A stretch of 64,000 nt of DNA from Azolla caroliniana (Eukaryota > Plantae > Polypodiophyta): positions 4,030,001-4,094,000 of the forward strand of contig JBHGNT010000007.1 of NCBI GenBank assembly GCA_043228905.1. The letters run 5' to 3'. Both the position numbers and the translations under genes were made by a program. The stretch's first letter is position 1. Each line of letters begins with the position of its first letter. The notes under the pieces were generated by a model. That model had not been told where the DNA came from. It did not search any database and saw only the letters and a list, made by a program, of their open reading frames with translations. Below are positions 54,901 through 64,000 of this stretch, piece by piece.

Positions 54901-55205
54901 CGGCTCAAGCCTAAACCGTTTGGCTTAGACGGCTTGAAAACGGCTTGGCGGCTCGGTTTAGGCTTGAACTTGCCTTAACGGTTTGAGCTCGGCTCGGCTT
55001 GGCTTGAGCCTTGCCAAACCGGCTCAAGCCGTTTATAAACTTTAGAGAGAGGGGGAGAGAGACAACAGACAAGGGGAAAGAGAGAGAGAGAGAGAGTGTG
55101 TGTGTGAGAGAGTGAGGGAGACTAAACAGACGATGGGAGAGAGAGAGGGAGGGAGAACTACACAGACGTGGAGAGAGAGAGAGAGGGAGGGAGACAACAT
55201 ATAAG

Positions 55206-55252
<47 letters not shown>

Positions 55253-55261
55253 CAGAGGGGA

Positions 55262-57495
55262 GAGATAGATAGATAGATTATATTATCGTCTTCGGAGGTC
55301 AAATATGACCTATGAGACCAAAAATATTACATTTCACGTGATACGTGTGAAAGTGAGTAGTGACTCTTGATGTTCAAGAACTTTACCGATGAATGTTGCA
55401 ATCGAGAGTGCACATTGTGGTTGTGAGAGGAATTCATGCAAAGATTGGGCTTGATCGAAGAGATGTGGAAAGCATGGTCGAATATGATCAAAGGTAGAGC
55501 ATTGTATCAAAGTGTGATACTTAGACTTGCGAACTTGTTTAGGGCAAAGTGTGCATAGCCGACCACTCTCATCACTTGTACCCCAACGCCCTGTTTCACA
55601 TCGCAATGCATGTGAGCTAAGTCGCATGGAAGCAATGGTTCGAATGGCAGATAACGGTATGGGCTCTAACATGTATGGATGTGTACGATTTCCCAGTTCC
55701 GCAAAGAATATGGTTTTGTAGTTAAGTGCAACATGTGTAATATAATGTGTGAAGCGTGAGGCTCCACATTTGTCCCATGTCATGATACATTGGCGTTGCA
55801 AAAATGCTTCATTTACAGAGGAATCTAATGATGCATCATGAAGCAAGTGTCTCACATCCCATCTACCAAACCATTTTTCTATATCTTGCATCCAACCGGA
55901 ACACAAAATTTTGCTTTTATGCGTCTTTTGGATCTTTTTGCTTGCTTCCCACGCAATTCTAGGAAGTCGATGTGAGGGTTTTTTTTGAACCTTAAGCATG
56001 TATTCAACAACCCTTTCCATGGCCATGATCTCAATGGGAAGCGATCCCGTCTCAAGGAGGAGGGTGTAGGGCGTTTGTTTCTTAACTTGTAGAAACTTCG
56101 TAAGAAAATGCTTTTGGACATTTTCAAACTCTTTCCACATAGATTTAGGGATACTACCGCCCCATACTTCCACCCCATAGAGAAGAACCGGTGTCACCAA
56201 AGTGTCGAAAAGATATTTCTTGAGGACCCAACACTTAATATCTCCAAGATTGCATGTGTTCTCAAATGCATAGTATGCTCGCTTGCCCGCCTCTAAGCGG
56301 CGTGTAGCACATTCATTCCATCTATGATTTGAAGGAACTTCAAGGCCAAGATATTTGAAGCTTTCCACACATTCAAGTGGCTCATTGTTGTACATAATGC
56401 ATGGTTTATCTCTTTTTTGCCTCTTCACAAGCATAATCTTTGTTTTAGAGCTATTGACACTTAATTTTGTATGCATGCAAATTTTTTCCAATGCCTTCAT
56501 AAGCTTTTGTGCATCTCCTAAAGTATTTGCAAAAAGCACTACATCATCTGCATATAGCAAAAGCATAATCACAACATTCCTAATGGCAACTTCTTCAACA
56601 CATTCTTCCTTTGCAAACTTGGTAACCATTTCTTCCAATTCATCAATGCATAGACCAAATAGTGTTGGTGAGAGTGGGCATCCTTGCTTAACACCAATAG
56701 TGCTTTTGAAAAAATCTGAAAGTTTATCTCTTATGCGCACACAACATATAACCTTCTCATAAATTCGGGAAATTGCAAGCATATATTCACTTGGCACCTC
56801 AAGTTCTTCCATTCGCCTCCAAAGATGCTCACAAGGTACCATATCAAAAGCTTTCTTGAAGTCTACAAAGCAACAATATAAACCTTTACCTCTAAGGCGA
56901 CTTTCCTCCATTAATACTCGAAGGGTGATAAGGTGATCAATGGTGCTATGGTGTTTCCGAAAGCCAGCTTGTCCATAAGCTCTCTTACCACTTTTTTTAG
57001 CCCATACACTTATCTTTGATTCCATTATACATCCAAATAGTTTTGCCCTTAATGAGCCAACCATGATGGTTCGATAGTTGTTTACATTATTTATATCTCC
57101 ACCTTTATGTAAAGGTTTGATCCAATTTGTAGTCCAATCGTACAACATACCATGTTGCAATGCATCATTAAACATATCGCTTATCCATATATGTGCTTCC
57201 TTTCCCGTTCATTTGAGCATTTCAGCCTTTATACATTGAAGATCGCTTGCCTTACGAGAGGCCAATTTCTTAAGTCCTATGCATATATCTTCAATTGTAA
57301 AGAAGGGAGGCATATGTGAAAGAGAACCATAACACCTTATCTTTCCGGCAAGAGATAACTCATATAAATTCTTATAATGCATAGACAAGTCGTGAAGAGT
57401 TAAGTCACCATAACTCTCAACACGTTTTCCCTTTAGATTTCCCCAAAATTTAGCACATGCATGTGCTTTCTCTTGCGTTTTCCAATGCCTTCATA

Positions 57496-57497
<2 letters not shown>
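55262..57497 (-). mobile_element. 5'-truncated RTE/RTEX-like LINE inserted in a (GA)n tract
   Basis: Contains the 613-aa RT frame, a short 3' UTR with the stem-loop at 55288-55318 and a (CTAT)n/(CT)n tail. GA repeats flank both junctions. No endonuclease domain is present. Confidence 0.92.
55334..57175 (-). CDS. non-LTR retrotransposon reverse transcriptase with C-terminal CCHC-type motif (partial ORF2)
   Basis: Motifs NYRTI, QAGFRKHHSTIDH, FVDFKKAFD, GVKQGCPLSPTLF, LLYADD, FKYLG and RLSSHALRCETGRW..RLCTLC..HTLIQC. Confidence 0.9.
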   Translation of the reverse strand: MFNDALQHGMLYDWTTNWIKPLHKGGDINNVNNYRTIMVGSLRAKLFGCIMESKISVWAKKSGKRAYGQAGFRKHHSTIDHLITLRVLMEESRLRGKGLYCCFVDFKKAFDMVPCEHLWRRMEELEVPSEYMLAISRIYEKVICCVRIRDKLSDFFKSTIGVKQGCPLSPTLFGLCIDELEEMVTKFAKEECVEEVAIRNVVIMLLLYADDVVLFANTLGDAQKLMKALEKICMHTKLSVNSSKTKIMLVKRQKRDKPCIMYNNEPLECVESFKYLGLEVPSNHRWNECATRRLEAGKRAYYAFENTCNLGDIKCWVLKKYLFDTLVTPVLLYGVEVWGGSIPKSMWKEFENVQKHFLTKFLQVKKQTPYTLLLETGSLPIEIMAMERVVEYMLKVQKKPSHRLPRIAWEASKKIQKTHKSKILCSGWMQDIEKWFGRWDVRHLLHDASLDSSVNEAFLQRQCIMTWDKCGASRFTHYITHVALNYKTIFFAELGNRTHPYMLEPIPLSAIRTIASMRLSSHALRCETGRWGTSDESGRLCTLCPKQVRKSKYHTLIQCSTFDHIRPCFPHLFDQAQSLHEFLSQPQCALSIATFIGKVLEHQESLLTFTRIT

Positions 57498-57541
<44 letters not shown>

Positions 57542-57638
57542 TCGAGACCACAGACGTGAGAGAGAGTGGGAGGGAGAGCTTGTACAATGTATAGTATATA
57601 GTATATAGTGGATCATCTGAGAGAGAGAGGGAGGTAGG

Positions 57639-57669
<31 letters not shown>

Positions 57670-57894
57670 AGGTTTCTAAACCGGTTTCCAAGCCGGTTTG
57701 GAAACCGGTTTACAAGTCGTTTACCAAACCGGTTCAGGCCGGTTCAGGGCCTGAACCGGTTTGTGAACCGGCTCGGCTCGGTTCGGCTCAAGTTTGAGAT
57801 CTCGTAAACGGTTTAGGCTTAGCCGGTTTGGCTTGGATAAGGCCAAACTGGCTAAGCCTAAACCGAACCGTTGCCGATCCCTATTCATGGTCTC

Positions 57895-57933
<39 letters not shown>

Positions 57934-58116
57934 TTGATACATAGCTTTTTAAGATCCCTATAAGATGGGGCTTGGCCCATGGCAAGGATTAAAGTTCGAT
58001 CTCTCAATTTTATGACTTTGATGTTGTGGCGTAAACCATGAAGGCAACTATCAAAGAGAGAGTGAGAGAGTAAGTCTATACGAGGAGAGAGAGAGAGAGA
58101 GAGCTTTTCAGAACGT

Positions 58117-58963
58117 CCCTCTCCCAAGATAAGCATATGATAGGTAGAGGAGACTAAGAAGTGTTGTAACTAAGTGGATTTTACATACAATTAATATCAT
58201 GAGTCGTTTGGATTCTATATGCTAATTGTGATGCTCTTTTTTCGTCATCCTCTAATTAATGAATGACACATTTGTAGACTATTGTTATGTCCCCTCGTTT
58301 CATTGTTGGTATGTTGAAGCGGCCTCTTGTAGGCATGTGATTCAGTCTTATGGATGTTTTCACGTTGATCACACCTCCACATGTCTCCATTGATGACTCC
58401 AATTTGCCATGCCTCGTCTTATAGATCAATGAGAGTTGGAATGCTTCAACATCTAGTTTTCAAAAGCATCTAAATAACCGTGTTGACATGAAGTCTAGTT
58501 ATCGCATCCTACTAGATTATGTAGCCTCTTGTCAACTCGTGATAGGAGGTAGTGGATACATGTCCCTCGTGCCTCTTGATTGCTAAGTTCTAACCAACAA
58601 CACGACATTCTAACATTTTATTACCCTACACAAAGTATATGGTTATGGATGGAAATGAAACTAGGCCTAGTATAAAGTCATTTCCTTGTAGAACATGTTT
58701 TTGCTAGAACTCTTTGATTTACATTCTTTTTTTTCTTCTTTTTTCTTTTTTACTTTCGATGAATGGTTAAATACCCCATTTTTATTGTAAACCAATTGTC
58801 TCATGGGCTAATTTTGGTCTTAGAAGACGTTAATATATCTTTCCTTCTTTTCTGTCTGTCTCTCTCTTGGTAAAAACACACAATTATATTAATTGTATGT
58901 AAAATCCATAGTTACAACACTTCTTAGTCTCTTCTACCTAACTATCCTATGTAGGGAGAGGGG
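58117..58963. repeat. ~80-bp inverted repeat pair enclosing a LINE-type 3' end
   Basis: 58141-58197 matches the reverse complement of 58886-58940 with one substitution and one 2-bp indel. Weaker pairing extends to 58117/58963. Confidence 0.8.
58647..58868 (+). mobile_element. 3' terminal fragment of the RTE-like LINE family (or a SINE-like derivative)
   Basis: GGATGGAAATGAAA.TAGGCCTAGTATAA...TTGTAGAACATG...GTCTCATGG...AGACGTT.ATATATCTTTC aligns with the reverse complement of about 37890-38070. It ends in a CT-rich tail. Confidence 0.85.
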
Positions 58964-58969
58964 CATCCA

Positions 58970-59500
58970 ATAGTGCCATTAGAAAACTTGAATATGTATT
59001 TGAGGAAATGAGCCCCACATGCTCTAACATCAAGAAATTCCACATAAGAATACCTTTCAACTTCTTCATATCGGCTTTCACCCCATATTTATTATCAAAC
59101 ATGAAAGCATTACACATATTCCAATTGTCTTGTAGTCCCCAATAACATAAAAATTGGAGCAATATCTCCATCTCATCATTTGAACCATTTTGAACATACT
59201 AAGAAAAAAACCCATTGTTGAGGTCTCAAACAACAACAGGTTAAATTTTGCCAAACTTCTGATAAATACTTCCAAATAGTGCACGTTGTAGGACATTTAA
59301 CGAATCTATATGTATTGTCATCCAATGGAATGGTGCAAAAGAAACAAGTCCCTTAGTCCTCATCTCTTTAAGGTTGAACCTAATGGAACCCCACCAATCA
59401 TGACTCTCCATGTGAATACCTTTGCACGAAATGGCAGATGGAATGCCAACCACGTTGTAATATTTTCCACCACCTTGCATTTGACTTAGATACATTCAAT
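58970..59500 (-). mobile_element. L1-type LINE relic (C-terminal zf-RVT region)
   Basis: Broken frames read LPFRAKVFTWRVMIGGVPLG..LKR*G / CFFCTIPLDDNTYRFVKCP..CTIWKY, typical of the plant L1 zinc-binding region. Confidence 0.65.
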
Positions 59501-62245
59501 ACCTTTTTTTATTTAGGTGATAGCCAAGATAATGATGTCATTGCATGATGATACAATATATTTGTAGTGATCTCTCTCTCTCTCTCTCTCCACACAAACA
59601 CATACGTGCAAATGCCTTCTACATTAGATTTCTCTTAAGGGGGATAGAGTGTAGTAGCCAAGGGCAAGAAAAAGAGATGATTTTGTCACCCATGACTCAG
59701 AACATAAGGGCTCTAACCACTCACTTATCTATTATCTCCCGAAACAACCATGCTTCGGTCAAAGTTCTACTTATAACCACATATATGCTATACTAATAAG
59801 GAACCATTGCTTAATTAGTTTAATTGAGTGGAGAGGGTAGGTTTGGTTATTAGCATTACCTTAAGGTAACAAAACCCTTCATTTCTAGAAATTGTAAAAT
59901 CATATATTTAAGAGGATCTAATGCTGCATGAAACAAGAACTTCAAGAAAATTTATCCTAGGCCTCATATCAAACATGCCATTCAAATATCAAGGATTATT
60001 TTATGGATTTGAACTCACAACTATAAGGCTCTCAACACTAAGATGTGGGTTTAAATCCTTGCTTTTGCACATATATGCCACACCACATATCACTTTTGCT
60101 CAACTAGATGCCATACAGATGAATCAATTTAACAACCCCACATCTCCAAACAATTGACAAAGGCATCTAAACTATGGAAGAATTTAATATAGGTTATGTG
60201 AATTACATAATGTGATAAATCAATTGATTCTAGAAAAGTTATGTGATTAATCATGTAGTTAGGGACAAGACACAATTTAATTTCTTTATGGATGCATGAT
60301 CAATTGCATGGAATGGAAGAATCATTAAAGAACATGAGGCAAACACTCATGTTTGTAACACCCATCATAATATTAGTATTAATAAGTAAAAAAGAGAGTA
60401 ACTAATGATAGACCACAATACATGCATCGTGTATTACAAATATTTATAAATAGGGCTAAAATGCCTAGGGCACAAACATATATTGTGCCATATTATGGAT
60501 ACAAAGATGTTTACTCATACATCGAGCGTTAATCTCATTACCTAAGGCAAGACATGTATATTTTAGTGACACCAAATCAAACCAACAGGCATCCAAAGAC
60601 ATCACGTTTCAGATTTCTCATTTGCAATATCTTACTATTTCTAGTTTGAAACGCAAGTTGAGAAGGGAACATGGATAGAAAAATACTTGGTGACAACACA
60701 GTCCCATATATGTATATGATCACATGAATAAAGGGAAGGAAATTTTGTTGAAGGTTGTTTTCATATGTGGCATGGAAAACCAACACATGGGATTGTATCA
60801 TTATATGCTTGGTATACACTTATTGGATTGGTAATGGAAAGTACCGTGTAGTTTTGGGGAAAAAAACTAGCACATGGGATAATGCCACAACAATTCAATC
60901 TCTAAAAGAAATGAACTTTTGGGTAGTTATGATGTTCATTATTGGCTCAACTAGGAATTGCAACTTTAAAGAACAACTTATGTGACTTGGAACATCTCCC
61001 CCTTTTATGAGTATATTAAAACACGTTTGTGGTGAACCCAATGGATCTTTAAGGGAATACATTTAGAAGATATGCCTCGAGAAAGTGAGCCATCATTTTG
61101 TAGCGCGTACTTGATGTTCTGAGAATGGAACCAACAATTATGATTAGAGTCCAAACGATGGTTACATGGAGCATATCGTGATTGGTTCATATCGAAGATT
61201 CACTACTAAAAGAAAGCGGAAAACCATGTACGAAAGACCATGGACCATCAAGCTAGACATTATTTTCATATAGATAACCTGATATAGGTAACCTAATAAG
61301 AATATTAAAGGCAATAGTTTAGCATAGTTTCACATTTTTTTCATTTCATATATTAAGTTTTCTCCATGATCATGTAATAAGGACTTATTTTTAGGCAATT
61401 ATTAATGTACAAGACAAATGGCAAGAAACAATTTGATGATGCACTGCCCTACCAATTACAAACGGCAATCCCAAGAATGTGATCATTATTTTTCCATCTT
61501 TTGTCGTGATTTTGTTATTTGTGCATGTTGGAAATCTTAGGAAAGTCTTATGAAAAAAACATGGAAATTTTGCCTTCACTTTTTGTGTGAATTCATTGTC
61601 CTAACTACTTTTTCCAGGTGGAGACAACACAAAAACACGTTTCCATAAAGGGCTTAGGGACACATGGATTCTCGATAAATATTAACATGGTGGTCAATAG
61701 AGCCAAAGCTTAATAATATTTAGAACTCTAAAGATGGTCACGAAGAACAGTGAAAAATATATTATAACATAGCTCAAAAAGAACCAAATAAAAATTTTGA
61801 AACTCTAAAATTAAAATCATGTATTATCCAATTTGGGACATATTCAAAAACCAACTTTATTGAGCATGTTGATGCATGGAGCACAAGTGCACTTAGTTGG
61901 CGAGGACAAAAGAGATTATTAGCAATGTGAGCGTGTATGTCCACAAAAGTGGGATTGCACCAGTGTCTCCTCTCATTGTGTACAAACATCATCATATATT
62001 GATATTTGTAACAAACTGAATAAGACTTCCAAAAATGTAATTTATTCATAGGAGTGTAGTTTTCTAAAAATGTTGGATACATTATTTGGAAAGGGTTGGA
62101 CACCATCATCATCCTCTAAGCTAAATTATTCTACACACACACTCTCTCTCAAGCCCTATTTAAGACCAATTCTTCATTGCACTACCCTTCATTTGCATAC
62201 CATACCACTACCTCTCAACATTAGAAAGATATTGAGCTTAAACCC

Positions 62246-62296
<51 letters not shown>

Positions 62297-62340
62297 CATA
62301 AATTTATCTACATTCTCAAATTAGAAGGAACTTAGAAGCA

Positions 62341-63937
62341 ATGGAAGGCTCACACATACTCGAAATCAAAAGCATCAAGGACTTAGTCGACTCGGGCATT
62401 CGCCATGTTCCTGCCATTTATATCCGTGCCCCACATGAACGACCATCGTGGTCAGTTGTTGATGACCACCTCCACGTGCCAATCATCTCCTTCTCAAATT
62501 TCAACTCTCTAGAATCCCATATTGTTCAACAAATCCAACATGCATGCACTGAGTGGGGTGTCTTTCAGGTACGACACACAAGTCCATACTTTGGGAATGG
62601 GTGTTAAGAAGGTTTCCCTAGGAAGAATGTGTGAAATTGCCTTAGAAGGACAAAAACCTAACTAGCATATGAGTTCTCTTCATGATCTCGTTGGAGTACA
62701 TTGAGTTTATTTCACAATTCCATTGAATTTTTAAACTTGTTGGATTTGAATTTGTGAAACTATCAACACTTGATTTTGAACTATTTGTTTTCATGATCTC
62801 ACTACATTTTAACGTCTAGAAATAGTTCTTCATATATCATATTTTCATTGAAGAGATTCTAGCATTGTTGTGTTGTGGTTTCATTGTATGAGATTATTAA
62901 TTGGAAAAAAAATGACATTGTGCAAAAGTTTGTTTGATTTTGGCTTGATATTAAGAGCACATAAGTGAAGGTTGAATCCCCTAAAGAATCTATAAAACTC
63001 ATCTTGAAGACTTGGTATTGTGTTCATGTTGCAACTTCAAATAGTGATTAGTGGCATTTAATTTGGATATTGAGTATTATAGTGAAAAGTTAGTGATGGT
63101 TGTGGTTATACCTTCATCAATATATCGAGTCATTACTTATTTAATGTGTACTTTGGATTGCTTTGCTTCACCATATGTATTGTAATGAACCAAAAATATA
63201 TCATAAAACAAAATTTGAGAAGCACATACATATAGCCTTCAATAACAAAATTGATAATGTTCAACATGTCAAGTGAGCCAAGGCTTTAGTGATGACAAAG
63301 TAACCAATTGGTGTACATAATATATTATCAGAGAGAACATAACCCAAAGCGATTTAACAATATCATTAAGAAAAATGAAACCAAGGGTAGGACAAATAAT
63401 TGAAGTATTGTAATCATATATGTCTCATGGTACAATTGCTAGAAATTTGACTATTTGATCATTTGTTCTAATGGAAGTGAAGATCATAGTAGGTTACAAT
63501 GCTTAATATTCTTTTGATAGGAACCACTATTGATTACCACATAAACAAAAGTATTAGTTTGTGACAATTGTGGCACCATAGAATTGTTCTTTGTTTTGTT
63601 ATGATTGTCCTTTCACTACATAATGCAAAGTATTGGGTGCCAAAATACTTTTTCAAAAAAGTTGAACATTACTATAAATACTAATATGTAGTTTTCATGT
63701 TTTGAAGGTGATAAATCATGGTGTACCAACTATCATGCACAAACAACTTTGGGCTGCAGCTTCACATTTTTTCGCATTGCCAACTAACGAAAAAATGCGT
63801 GTAGTCTCAAAAGACCCTTCATCTCCACTCAATTTTTTTACTGGATTCCCCAATGAAAAAGTTCGAGAGTGGAAGGATACTCTAGGTTTCAAACCTAGTA
63901 CAACCTCTAATATGACGCTCATTCCAAGCTTCTTAAG
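62341..63937 (+). CDS. 2-oxoglutarate/Fe(II)-dependent dioxygenase (plant DOXC class), first two exons; continues beyond the window
   Basis: Exon 1 (62341-62568): IKDLVDSGIRHVPAIYIRAPHERP..VPIISF..ACTEWGVFQ. Exon 2 (63708-63937): VINHGVP..FFALPTNEK..EWKDTL. These form the DIOX_N signature. Confidence 0.9.
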
Positions 63938-64000
63938 GTAAATTTAATTTTAGGCCTTCAAGTGAATTTAGGAAACATATAAAGACCACTTCCCATCTCA

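Larger units (their letters stand above)
54883..57883. mobile_element. non-autonomous hAT-like TIR element with a GA-microsatellite core, interrupted by a LINE
   Basis: Perfect 16-bp TIR TAGGGATCGGCAACGG (54883-54898) / CCGTTGCCGATCCCTA (57868-57883). Dense subterminal AAACCG/CGGTTT/GGCTC motifs at both ends. No matching 8-bp TSD (ATAATAAG vs TTCATGGT). Confidence 0.8.

Noticed and set aside
57930-58040. tRNA gene or SINE-like boxes here and near 37070-37120 and 59680-59730
   Set aside because: Boxes are too degenerate and no cloverleaf can be drawn, so no tRNA gene is called.

Overview
Eukaryotic land-plant genomic DNA: GT-AG introns, TTTAGGG telomere motifs, PLS-type PPR relics and abundant GA/CA microsatellites. 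A fern or other seed-free plant is my inference from sequence style only. The window has six reconstructable spliced genes: a tandem pair of MscS-like mechanosensitive channels (one full-length, one 5'-truncated but ORF-intact), an F-box protein, a TYW3-kelch-TYW2 wybutosine fusion, a GPATCH11-like gene and the 5' part of a 2-oxoglutarate/Fe(II) dioxygenase. There is also one acidic orphan ORF. Mobile DNA includes a decayed Ty1/copia 3' half, a solo LTR with a 5-bp TSD, RTE/RTEX-like LINEs, an L1 relic and a hAT-like non-autonomous element. The most notable signals are: (1) three divergent LINE 3' ends sharing a 31-nt covarying stem-loop, each next to a GA/CT-rich tract; (2) a promoterless, N-terminally shortened MSL duplicate that looks selected and has substitutions clustered in the pore helix; (3) a telomere-repeat insertion flanked by a 29-bp target duplication; (4) a hairpin-bearing repeat array directly upstream of the truncated MSL copy. 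All exon coordinates were read by eye and may be off by a few bases.
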